Under the pieces are notes generated by a model. The model did no database searches and had not been told where the DNA came from. It was given only the letters and a program-made list of their open reading frames with translations. Positions 8,261-17,121 of a stretch of DNA of 64,000 nt are shown here, piece by piece. Both the position numbers and the translations under genes were made by a program. Numbering within the stretch: position 1 is the stretch's first letter; the number at the start of each line of letters is the position of its first letter. Source of the DNA: Bacteriovoracaceae bacterium (GTDB lineage Bacteria; Bdellovibrionota; UBA1018); contig CANFJX010000009.1 in assembly GCA_947447665.1 (NCBI GenBank), forward strand, positions 20,301 through 84,300. Reading direction: 5' to 3'.

Positions 8261-10390
8261 TTGCAATACCGGCGTTGCCTTGGGTTGATTTTTGTTGGGT
8301 TCCTGCTGATGAATTTGCACTCCTCTTTCGCGTTTGCCATGAGACCGCCCATTGCTGAAAAACAACCCTCGGTCAGTAAACTTCATGGTGAGGTCCGAAC
8401 CGATGCATTTGCGTGGTTAAAAGATACAAGCGAGGTCAAGAATCCGAAGATTCTATCTTATCTCGATGAAGAGAATGCCTACACAGACCATCAGATGAAA
8501 GATATGACTAGTCTCCGAGAGCAACTCTATGCCGAGATGCTCAGCCGAGTCAGAGAGGATGATGAGGCTGTTCCGTATAAAAAAGGAAACTACGATTATT
8601 ACTCCGTTACTGAAAAAGGCAAGGAGTACCCAATCTACCTCAGGAAGAAAGTGGATTCAAACTCTCGACCTGAAGTGGTTCTAGATCTCAACACTCTTGC
8701 GACAGGTAAAGAGTTTATCAGTTTGGGTCTGATCAAGGTAAGTCCAGATGGTCGGACTCTAGCCTATGGCTTAGATTTTGATGGATCCCGTCATTACGAT
8801 ATTTTTTTCAAGGATCTCGCGACCGGAGCCCAGCTGGATTTTATACCGGCTATGAGCGATGAGTTTGCTTGGGCAAATGATAGTCGAACTTTATTCTATG
8901 CATCCTATAGCGAGTCAATGCGGCCGAATCGAATTTATCGCCACAAGATCGGCACGAGCTATGAAGCTGATCAAATGATCTTTCAGGAATCAGACGAGAA
9001 GTTTGATGTCAGTATCGAGCGCGTACGGAGTGGCGGATATATTCTTTTGAGTTCAGCGAGTAAAAGCACCACTGAAGTCTGGTTTATCGATGCCGATCAT
9101 CCAGATGCGTCGCCTCAAGTGATTGAGCCAAGAAGAGCGGGACATAGCTATTATGTGGATCACCGACTGAACCATTTCTTCATTCGGACGAACGACCGAG
9201 CGCCTTTATTTAAAGTCGTCATGGCTCCGGTTTCTTCTCCTGGCTTAGCGAATTGGTTGCCATTTTTTCCTGAGCAATCCCATGTTCCTATTGAAGATAT
9301 TAATGTGTTTGAGGATTTCGTTGTTCTTTCGGTAAGAGAGGCTGGGCTCACTGAGCTGAAGGTTCTTGATTTTCGGAATCTAACAAAGCAAAAAAATATT
9401 CGTTTTCCAGATCTGACCTATACGGTTTCTGTCGGTGATAATGCGGAGTTTTCGACTCCCTTTCTCCGTGTGGATTATCAAACCTTAGGGAGGCCTGAGT
9501 CTGTTCTGGATTTTGATATCAGGACCCAGCAGCTGCGACTGCAGAAACAGATGCCAGTGCCAGAGTTTAACGCCGATGACTACCAGACGGACCGCATTTT
9601 TGCGAAAGCAGCGGACGGGAAAATGATTCCCATTTCGCTGGTTTACAAAAAGGGCTTCAAAAGAGATGGGAGTCACCCCTTTGTACTAGTCGGTTACGGG
9701 GCGTACGGAGTACCCTATGATCCCTTGTTTTCGCAGTCCTTGATTAGTCTTCTGAGTCGGGGGTTTGCCTATGGGATCGCACATGTACGGGGGGGCGGAG
9801 AATATGGAGACCCCTGGTATTTTGATGGGAAGCTATTTAATAAAAAAAATAGCTTCACGGATTTTGTGACGTGTGCTGAGTACCTCATTGAGCAGGGGTA
9901 CACTCAAGCCAAAAAACTAGCGATCCACGGTAGGAGTGCTGGAGGATTGCTGGTGACCGCTGCGATGAATTTGAGGCCCGACTTATTTAAGTCCGTGATT
10001 GCAGGTGTCCCATTTGTCGACGTGATGAATACGATGTTGGACGAGACCCTTCCCTTGACTGTCGCTGAATATGAAGAATGGGGAAACCCCAATGATCGAG
10101 AGGCATACCGCTATATCCAGTCCTATGCCCCCTACGAGAATATTCAGAAGGCGGATTATCCAAATCTTCTACTCATGACGGGTATCCATGACAACCGAGT
10201 TCCGTATTGGGAGCCTACAAAGTTTGCAGCCAAACTCAGAGCTGAGAAGACTGATTCGAACCTGGTTCTTCTTAATGCAGGGATGGATGCAGGGCACGGT
10301 GAACCATCGGGACGCTACACTCAACTTCGTGAACGCGCATTCATCTATGCCTTTTTGTTAAAAACATTAGGGATGGCTGAGGCCGACTGA
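8261..10390 (+). CDS. ptrB: Oligopeptidase B / prolyl oligopeptidase family S9A serine protease, possibly exported
   Basis: Nucleophile motif GRSAGGLL, plus C-terminal HD..GHG catalytic-region motifs. LHGEVRTDAFAWLKD matches the PtrB N-terminus. A TTG start at 8261 with a GGGAAGG RBS adds a signal-peptide-like LGLIFVGFLLMNLHSSFAFA. The alternative ATG at 8339 would give a cytoplasmic form. Confidence 0.8.
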   Translation: MQYRRCLGLIFVGFLLMNLHSSFAFAMRPPIAEKQPSVSKLHGEVRTDAFAWLKDTSEVKNPKILSYLDEENAYTDHQMKDMTSLREQLYAEMLSRVREDDEAVPYKKGNYDYYSVTEKGKEYPIYLRKKVDSNSRPEVVLDLNTLATGKEFISLGLIKVSPDGRTLAYGLDFDGSRHYDIFFKDLATGAQLDFIPAMSDEFAWANDSRTLFYASYSESMRPNRIYRHKIGTSYEADQMIFQESDEKFDVSIERVRSGGYILLSSASKSTTEVWFIDADHPDASPQVIEPRRAGHSYYVDHRLNHFFIRTNDRAPLFKVVMAPVSSPGLANWLPFFPEQSHVPIEDINVFEDFVVLSVREAGLTELKVLDFRNLTKQKNIRFPDLTYTVSVGDNAEFSTPFLRVDYQTLGRPESVLDFDIRTQQLRLQKQMPVPEFNADDYQTDRIFAKAADGKMIPISLVYKKGFKRDGSHPFVLVGYGAYGVPYDPLFSQSLISLLSRGFAYGIAHVRGGGEYGDPWYFDGKLFNKKNSFTDFVTCAEYLIEQGYTQAKKLAIHGRSAGGLLVTAAMNLRPDLFKSVIAGVPFVDVMNTMLDETLPLTVAEYEEWGNPNDREAYRYIQSYAPYENIQKADYPNLLLMTGIHDNRVPYWEPTKFAAKLRAEKTDSNLVLLNAGMDAGHGEPSGRYTQLRERAFIYAFLLKTLGMAEAD

Positions 10391-10436
10391 CTTTTCTCTG
10401 CGTTTTACGATAAGGCCAACGACCGAGTTACTCTAG

Positions 10437-11297
10437 CTAGGGCCTTGCCTTGGATAGGAAAAAGTCTATTCTCGCTGCCGTCATCAAGAAGCGCTCCCTT
10501 TTTCGGTAGAGAGGCGGGGTGAGGGGGCGGAGCTTCTCCGATCGTATCACGAAATCCCAGAGTACCGGTTCTTTCTGACTAAAGCTGTCGGGATTCTTTT
10601 GCGCCCATTCGGGCAAATACTCCAGAGGGCGTGGGGGGATGATTTTTGGGAAATCGACTTTCTTGAATTGAAACGTGTGGGCGCGAATGCGATACTGACC
10701 GAACTTGGAGTTATGACCGGGTGGGAGTCGTTCCAGACGGTCTATTTCGACCAACCGCATGAGCTGTTCCTTCCAGGAATGGGTCCAACTCTCAATTTGA
10801 GTAGGTGACCCATTGACGAGAAGCTCGAAAGAGTGCTCTCGGATGAATTGGCCGGGCTTGGGGCTAAAGTAACCTCCGCGTATCGAGTGAGTTTTGGGCA
10901 TCTGAGAGGGAGCGCTAACGATCGACGTTTTTGAGTCCGGATACTTTCCCTCACGGATTTTAAATTGGCGGATTTGGATTTGGGCCTCTTTTGCACTTTC
11001 AATGACCTGTGTTTTGAGTTCTTGCAGGAGTGGAGAGAAGGGAATCCTCTCGTAAATCTTAAGGCCAGAGATCGTGCGAGCCTGTTTAGTTAAGTCAAAT
11101 TCATCGACTTTTTGGTTTCGGATCAAAAGGTCGAATTCATTGTAGAGGTTTTCCAAATGGTAGCGGAGGGATCGTCGTTGAGCGTCAGAAAGATTTTGAG
11201 ACTGAGTTGCGGTGCGAGTGGCTTGGCTCGGAGAAGAGGAGAGCAAGATGGCCAATGCGATTGTAGCGATGCAGGAACTGACTTTTTTGAGGCTCAT
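10437..11297 (-). CDS. Secreted hypothetical protein
   Basis: 286-aa ORF. MSLKKVSSCIATIALAILLSSSPSQA looks like a signal peptide. I recognise no family. Confidence 0.55.
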   Translation of the reverse strand: MSLKKVSSCIATIALAILLSSSPSQATRTATQSQNLSDAQRRSLRYHLENLYNEFDLLIRNQKVDEFDLTKQARTISGLKIYERIPFSPLLQELKTQVIESAKEAQIQIRQFKIREGKYPDSKTSIVSAPSQMPKTHSIRGGYFSPKPGQFIREHSFELLVNGSPTQIESWTHSWKEQLMRLVEIDRLERLPPGHNSKFGQYRIRAHTFQFKKVDFPKIIPPRPLEYLPEWAQKNPDSFSQKEPVLWDFVIRSEKLRPLTPPLYRKRERFLMTAARIDFFLSKARP

Positions 11298-11358
11298 CTA
11301 TTACGTTCCTTTTCTAAATTTTTAAAACCCTGCCCAACTCTTTTCTAATCAAGAAACT

Positions 11359-13488
11359 ATGGGAGTCAATTTTAATCATCTAAATGCACAGCAGCGAGAA
11401 GCGGTTCTTCACCCGATGGGGCCATTGCTCGTGTTGGCTGGCGCTGGGAGCGGCAAGACCAGTACGATGGCTTACCGCATCGCGCATTTGATTGCGGATC
11501 GTCATATGCCGGGGCATGCCATTTTGGGACTTTCATTTACGAATAAAGCTGCGGTGGAGCTTCGGGAGCGGGTGACGAAGCTGGTTCAGCAGAGTGCGGG
11601 TAAAAAAGCATCCCGAGGTCTCAAGATTACGACCTTTCACAGTCTTTGTGCGCGGCTCCTTCGAGCACATTCGGATCAGATCGGGTTTCAGAATAATTTT
11701 ACGATCCTCGATCAAAATGATCAGCTCGACGTGCTCAAGCAAGTACTCAGGAATATTCGTCTCGATGATCGCAAATTTGATCCTCAGGTGATTCTTTTTG
11801 AAATCGGACAGGCTAAGAATCGATTTCTCTCTCCTGAGCAAGCAGAGGAGTTTTTCTTAGAGTCAGGCCGCCTTGCATCAGACTACGCGTTAGCTGCAGT
11901 GGCGAGCTTTCAAAAGTATCAGGACCAGCTCAAAGTTCTCAATGCAATGGATTTTGATGATCTGATTTTTCAGACTGTCCATCTATTGGAATCTCAAGAG
12001 GATGTCCGAGAGCAATATAATTTAATGTTCAGGCACGTCTTGGTAGATGAATATCAAGATACCAATCCAGCTCAATTCAAAATTTTACAGCTTCTCACCC
12101 AGCGACAGCAAAATATCTGCGTCGTTGGAGATGATGATCAATCGATTTATTCTTGGCGAGGAGCAGATCCGGCGCATATTTTAGGGTTTTCTCATCATTA
12201 TCCAGCCGCTCACACGATTGCTTTAGAGCAGAACTATCGGAGCACTTCGCGAATTCTAGAGGCGGCTAACAGCGTCATCGAGAAAAACAAACAACGCTAT
12301 CCTAAGAAGCTTTGGTCCGACCGAGGGGTGGGAGAGCCCTTAACCGAAGTGGTACTCGAGGAGGATCGAGCTGAGGCAGAATTTGTAGCAGAGGAAATTT
12401 TGAGACGCACTCGTGATCAGAACTTCAAGTGGAAAGATTTTGCGATTCTTTATCGATCTAATTCTCAGTCGAGAGTGTTTGAGGAGGCCTTGAGAAGAAA
12501 TGTGATCCCTTATCACATCGTGGGGGGGCTTTCTTTCTTGGAGCGTAAAGAAGTCAAGGATGTCCTCGCCTACTGGCGTTTGATTGTCAATCTGAAGGAC
12601 GACGCATCGCTCAGGCGGATTATTAATTGGCCCGCACGTGGAATTGGAAAAGGCTCGATCGAGAAGCTGGGAAGTCATGCCTTTGAGAATCAGATCCCCG
12701 TGTTCGATGCATTAGGCGAGGCGAGAGAGTTGACCCCGAAGTCGGCATCCGCAATTCAAGGGTTTTGTGACCTCATTCTTCGGCTTAAGGAGGATCTAGA
12801 TTCTTCGCCTGCCACCTCCGAGGCTGTCTCGCTTTGGGCGAAGCGATCTTTGGAAAGGATCCAGAGCAAGAAGGCAATCGAAGAAGAATGTGATGACCCA
12901 GTTCAGGCAGGAAGAAAATGGGAAAACGTCGAGGAGTTGGTGCACTCTGTGGGTCAGTTCCAACTGCGCCTCGATGATCCGATCGAAGAGCTCAATGCAC
13001 CGTCGACCACAGGGACTCAGTTACTGCGAGAGTTTATTAATCGCATGACCCTGGAAGCTCAAGAGGCAGAGAAGGATAAAGATCAAGACCCAGACACTCA
13101 GAAAAATAAGACGACCCTTTTGACTCTTCATGGCGCCAAAGGGCTCGAGTATCCAGTGGTTTTTTTAGTGGGCTTTGAAGACGGTTTTCTGCCGCATCGT
13201 CGAACGATCGACGAGGCGACTGATCTCAGTGAGGAGCGACGGCTCTGTTATGTAGGCATTACCCGAGCCCGAGATCATCTTTTTATCACTCGGGCTAAAA
13301 ATCGCATTCGATTTGGAAAGCCGGTACCCAGAAATCCGAGCCGATTTTTAGAAGAAATACCTTCCGATCTAATCGTGCGGATCGATCATTCTTCGTCTCC
13401 TGATCTCAGTTCAAAAGCTGCAAAGGAAGCTCACGAGGATAAGGTGAAAAACTACCTCGCCGATATACGTGCCCAGCTCACGAAATAA
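11359..13488 (+). CDS. uvrD: ATP-dependent DNA helicase, UvrD/PcrA/Rep family (SF1A)
   Basis: Motifs AGAGSGKT (Walker A), DEYQDTN, VGDDDQSIYSWRGA, TLHGAKGLE, YVGITRAR. Confidence 0.85.
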   Translation: MGVNFNHLNAQQREAVLHPMGPLLVLAGAGSGKTSTMAYRIAHLIADRHMPGHAILGLSFTNKAAVELRERVTKLVQQSAGKKASRGLKITTFHSLCARLLRAHSDQIGFQNNFTILDQNDQLDVLKQVLRNIRLDDRKFDPQVILFEIGQAKNRFLSPEQAEEFFLESGRLASDYALAAVASFQKYQDQLKVLNAMDFDDLIFQTVHLLESQEDVREQYNLMFRHVLVDEYQDTNPAQFKILQLLTQRQQNICVVGDDDQSIYSWRGADPAHILGFSHHYPAAHTIALEQNYRSTSRILEAANSVIEKNKQRYPKKLWSDRGVGEPLTEVVLEEDRAEAEFVAEEILRRTRDQNFKWKDFAILYRSNSQSRVFEEALRRNVIPYHIVGGLSFLERKEVKDVLAYWRLIVNLKDDASLRRIINWPARGIGKGSIEKLGSHAFENQIPVFDALGEARELTPKSASAIQGFCDLILRLKEDLDSSPATSEAVSLWAKRSLERIQSKKAIEEECDDPVQAGRKWENVEELVHSVGQFQLRLDDPIEELNAPSTTGTQLLREFINRMTLEAQEAEKDKDQDPDTQKNKTTLLTLHGAKGLEYPVVFLVGFEDGFLPHRRTIDEATDLSEERRLCYVGITRARDHLFITRAKNRIRFGKPVPRNPSRFLEEIPSDLIVRIDHSSSPDLSSKAAKEAHEDKVKNYLADIRAQLTK

Positions 13489-13513
13489 ATCTGATTTTTC
13501 TGCTGCAAGAAGG

Positions 13514-15043
13514 TTAGCTTGACCTGTGAAACAAGGAACGGAGAAGTCTCCATCTGCGGTTGGCTTTGAGGTTAGGATGATTTTCTATCCATTTGGATAG
13601 CTCCGAGCGCTCGGTCAACGAAACGATTTGGGCTGGGGTCTGGTTTAACTGGTTTTTTAAAAGAAAAAGATCGGGAGCGCGCTCCGCTAAGAGGGCTAAG
13701 ACTTGATCAGCACCACGAGCCGCGCCGATATGCGCTAAGGTGTTGCCGACTGGGTCGGTTTCTTGAAAAAGATTTGGGTGAGATTCAGCGATTTTGATCA
13801 AGCAATTTGCACAATCGACACCTGCAGCTAAGAGTGCTGGTGTGAATCCTGCGCGATCTTTTTGTGTGAGAGATTCGGGTGCGAGGCGGGCGATTTCAGC
13901 CAGAACTTCGGGTTGTTTAAAACTTGCTGCAAAGTGAGCAGGTAAAGAGAGATCGCCACTCGGCTCAAAAAGTCGAGCGGGAGCTCCTTCGTTTACTCTC
14001 AGGTAAGTTAGAAAAGAATCGAGGCTCTCGGTTGCAGCTAAGAAGTGGAGTGGAAAAAAAGTTTCCTGCGAAGTATTCGCTTCGGTGAACTCGGGAGGGA
14101 GATCTGCTGAGACAAAGAACGCGCTGCACGGTTCGCTAGTACCGCAGGAACGAATGTAGGTTAGTTCTCCTGGATTGCGAAGGATCCCACGAGCCAGAAG
14201 GGTCGCATCAAACCATCCGTCGTGTTTTTCGCCCCAGCTGTTAATGACCTTCCATTCCGATCGACAGTTTTCTGGGTTTTCGTTTGAACAGATAATACGG
14301 CTTCCAACAATGATAGCCTCATGGCCACTCGTGCAACGGTTGAGAGGATCTTCGGATGCACAGAAGCCGAACGCGATGGGTAGAGGGGTGGCATGAGAGT
14401 CCTGTTGTAGCAGGAATTGGACTTCACGAATTAAAATAATTTCTCGAGACCACTGAGGATGTGCCTCTAAAAGTCGACTCACCTTTGGCGAGAGGGGATC
14501 AAAAATATGAACGTTGTATTGAGCTGGTTGGACTTTGCTCTGTGTGGGGTTGAGAAGTGGGTGAGGCCATTTTATGGGCAGGGGGTGGTCTGGGGCCTGT
14601 TTTTTGAGTTGCTCTCGACGGAGTGAGTAGATTTTTTGAAGATTGATCCCAAAGTTTTTAGGTTTTTCGAGTGGGTTTTCTAGGGCTATTTCCTGACCAC
14701 TAATCTTCTTGAGAATAATCGCGGAATGTCCACCCTCTCTGAGCTCTTGTTCAGAACCGCGCAGGATGACGTCGAGAAGTGAAAGGTGATCTTTCTCTAA
14801 CGAAGTCGTGAAGTAGTGGAACTGCAGTAGAAAATAAGCGGCGCTCCCATAGCAGGTGGAGGCTTTTCCTTGGTTTGGTAGGGTTTCGCGATCAAAAAAT
14901 CGAATTTCGGTTTGATGACGGATTGCTTCAGATTGCGGATCGAGCTTATTTTTTTTAAGGTAGGACGATTGAGCAAAAGAAAAAATTGAGTTCTGGATGA
15001 GGATAAGTTGAATCGTGAATAGTAAAAATATTAGATTTCTCAT
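13514..15043 (-). CDS. Secreted papain-like (C1-type) cysteine peptidase fused to C-terminal ankyrin repeats
   Basis: Signal peptide MRNLIFLLFTIQLILIQNSIFSFA. Papain-type motifs: Q58-x5-C64 (NQGKASTCYGSAAYF), H241 (TSGHEAIIVGS), N268-SWG (KVINSWGEKHDGW). ANK-like repeats: GFTPALLAAGVDCANCLIKIA and GNTLAHIGAARGADQVLALLAERAPD. Confidence 0.65.
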   Translation of the reverse strand: MRNLIFLLFTIQLILIQNSIFSFAQSSYLKKNKLDPQSEAIRHQTEIRFFDRETLPNQGKASTCYGSAAYFLLQFHYFTTSLEKDHLSLLDVILRGSEQELREGGHSAIILKKISGQEIALENPLEKPKNFGINLQKIYSLRREQLKKQAPDHPLPIKWPHPLLNPTQSKVQPAQYNVHIFDPLSPKVSRLLEAHPQWSREIILIREVQFLLQQDSHATPLPIAFGFCASEDPLNRCTSGHEAIIVGSRIICSNENPENCRSEWKVINSWGEKHDGWFDATLLARGILRNPGELTYIRSCGTSEPCSAFFVSADLPPEFTEANTSQETFFPLHFLAATESLDSFLTYLRVNEGAPARLFEPSGDLSLPAHFAASFKQPEVLAEIARLAPESLTQKDRAGFTPALLAAGVDCANCLIKIAESHPNLFQETDPVGNTLAHIGAARGADQVLALLAERAPDLFLLKNQLNQTPAQIVSLTERSELSKWIENHPNLKANRRWRLLRSLFHRSS

Positions 15044-15239
15044 AAAAATACTCTGGGAGCTTAAGTATCACAATTTCAGACAAAAATCAGCTAGGGCATT
15101 GATTTATGTAGTAGCTTTTTTAAACTTAAAAAGTTAATAAAATAAAAAAATAAACTCAATTAGTAGTAATTCTATTATTTATTCGATTTTTATTTATTTG
15201 TGTCACTGAGCTCATTAGACTGAGGGGGAGGTTTTTTAT

Positions 15240-15818
15240 ATGTTGTGCCGCTTGGTTCTGGTTGTGTTTTTGAGTGCGAGCTTTTTTCCTGACTTTGTTT
15301 TAGCTGGAAATTCTCATGGAATCCCTTTTGGAAACTCCCAGAGTAACAAGTCGCCTGTCTGGTGGAAACGCCTGGCTGCGCGGCCTCCTGTTCAGCACCC
15401 TGCTCCGACCGATTCGATCGCAGGTCTTGCGAGAAACTCCCGGCATTATGGCTCGATCGCTCCTGTGACCCCGATTTTTGAGGAGGAGGATCCCCTGGCG
15501 AATCCTCCGAGGTCAAAAGCTCCGTGGACGAGTAAGTCGAGTTTAAGTTTGAGTGTAGAGTCTCCCGTTCATACGTTTGATCCGGCAGCGTATCACAGGG
15601 TTGAGAGTCCAGGGTTTCGTCCGAACCGTCCGCTGACTGGTTTGGAAGCTTTTCCGCTCCCTCGAGTTGCCCACTCGACCCAGGTCTCGCGCCCTTCAAG
15701 GAGTGCTGCGAAGGCGCCTCAGGACTCCTTCAGCGAGGCGCCCACTGCGCGACCTCATTTGGTGATTCCGGAGGATTCTAAAAAAACGGGAATCAAGAAA
15801 ATTACAAAATCAGAGTAG
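15240..15818 (+). CDS. Secreted Pro/Ser-rich low-complexity protein
   Basis: A strong GGGGGAGG RBS lies 8 nt upstream of the ATG. Signal peptide MLCRLVLVVFLSASFFPDFVLAG. I preferred it over the antisense ORF 15190-15699, which has neither an RBS nor a signal peptide. Confidence 0.5.
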   Translation: MLCRLVLVVFLSASFFPDFVLAGNSHGIPFGNSQSNKSPVWWKRLAARPPVQHPAPTDSIAGLARNSRHYGSIAPVTPIFEEEDPLANPPRSKAPWTSKSSLSLSVESPVHTFDPAAYHRVESPGFRPNRPLTGLEAFPLPRVAHSTQVSRPSRSAAKAPQDSFSEAPTARPHLVIPEDSKKTGIKKITKSE

Positions 15819-17051
15819 CTACTCAATCACCTCGGGTGAGCCCTCCACCCGTGAAGCGTTACGATCGCCCCGAAGTTGCGAGCCGAGCAAGATGTCGCCT
15901 CGTTGGATCGGTTGTTCAGTGCGATACCTTGCGCGCTTTTTACCATCTTGGCCGCAAGTAAAGAATTCCAGATCTCGGCCCTCAGCGTGGGCAGGGCTGA
16001 CGAGGCGGTGCCTTTGGTTCTCCGGCATTCTTTTTAGTGCTGGAAGGATTTCTTCTCGGCTGCGACGAGTTCTCATCACTACAAGGTAGCTAAAAGGCAG
16101 GGATTTGCGATCGAGCCCGGCCAGGGAGTCGAGTTTTCTGAGGTAAGGAGGGCGCCACCAGGTGACTTCTTCGTGGCACCAGTCGTCTGGATTTTCCAGG
16201 GCGCCACAAGTTTGATGGCCAAGGCAGGGGAGTAATATCTTAAAATCATCTCGCTTTCGTTTTTGCAGCTCAATCAGAAGAGCCTTTCGCAGTTCTAAAA
16301 TTTTTCGAGACTGAAGTCGGAGAGCGGGCTCCATGAGGATGACTAAGCCCTCCTCTTCCAGGTGTTCTTGCCAGGAATCCAAAAGCAGCGGGGCTAGGTC
16401 TTGGGGTGAAATTTCGAGTTCATTGAGATAGTAGCTCATGAGCCAGAGGTTAAACACCGGGGCGCTCTTGGGGAGAAAGCCTCGCTTAAGGTCAATCTTG
16501 CGGTGAAAAGTCCGGATGCCCCAGTCTAACTTACCGAGGCTTTGGGTGTAAGTCTGTGCCCAGCGGGATCCTAGCTCCAATATCGCTTGATCTTGCTCAA
16601 TCAGTGCCCATTGGGCCGATTGAGGCGCTTGGATGCTAGCGAAGGTCTCCCCGGCGGCAATGCCACAGAGGCCCGACGCGGGGCCCGCACCAAATTCAAT
16701 TCCGTGGAGGCGCTTGGGTTTCCACTGAAATCCCAATCTCGCAAGCTCCGCCCAGATCGATGCCATCCTGAAGAGGTTGCAGGGCATAAAATACAGGAAG
16801 TAGGCGAGCCTCAGGTTTTGTGGGTTGGAGCTGTCTTTCCAGTAAGCAGGCAGGCTGCTTGCCTGGCTTTTGTCTTCACGATTATAAAGCTGTGAGAGCT
16901 TGAGAATATGCGGGATGACGGCTCGTGAGAGGAATCGATTGGACCCAAGAGAGGTCTCTTCTGGGAGGAGTTTTTCTTGATTGATAAAGTCGGAAATAAG
17001 GCGCTCAAATTCGCTCCCAAAGGCCAAAGACAAAGACTCAGGTACTTTCAT
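15819..17051 (-). CDS. Rsm22-like class I SAM methyltransferase (COG5459-type)
   Basis: SAM motif HGIEFGAGPASGLCG. The C-terminal Cys/His cluster LPCLGHQTCGALENPDDWCHEEV is typical of Rsm22-family proteins. Strong AAGGAGGA RBS. Confidence 0.55.
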   Translation of the reverse strand: MKVPESLSLAFGSEFERLISDFINQEKLLPEETSLGSNRFLSRAVIPHILKLSQLYNREDKSQASSLPAYWKDSSNPQNLRLAYFLYFMPCNLFRMASIWAELARLGFQWKPKRLHGIEFGAGPASGLCGIAAGETFASIQAPQSAQWALIEQDQAILELGSRWAQTYTQSLGKLDWGIRTFHRKIDLKRGFLPKSAPVFNLWLMSYYLNELEISPQDLAPLLLDSWQEHLEEEGLVILMEPALRLQSRKILELRKALLIELQKRKRDDFKILLPCLGHQTCGALENPDDWCHEEVTWWRPPYLRKLDSLAGLDRKSLPFSYLVVMRTRRSREEILPALKRMPENQRHRLVSPAHAEGRDLEFFTCGQDGKKRARYRTEQPIQRGDILLGSQLRGDRNASRVEGSPEVIE

Positions 17052-17121
17052 TCCTCCTTAGTACCACAACTGAGCAAACACTGTAGCCTTTGTTCTCGGG
17101 CTGCGTTAGCTTGGGTGGGGC

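Noticed and set aside
10253-10262. tRNA T-loop-like GATTCGAACC (reverse of GGTTCGAATC)
   Set aside because: It is inside the ptrB coding sequence and the flanks do not fold into a cloverleaf. I found no tRNA anywhere in the window.
15190-15699. 169-aa minus-strand ORF overlapping the Pro-rich secreted ORF
   Set aside because: It has no RBS or signal peptide, and it would start inside the AT-rich spacer. The plus-strand ORF has a strong RBS and a signal peptide.
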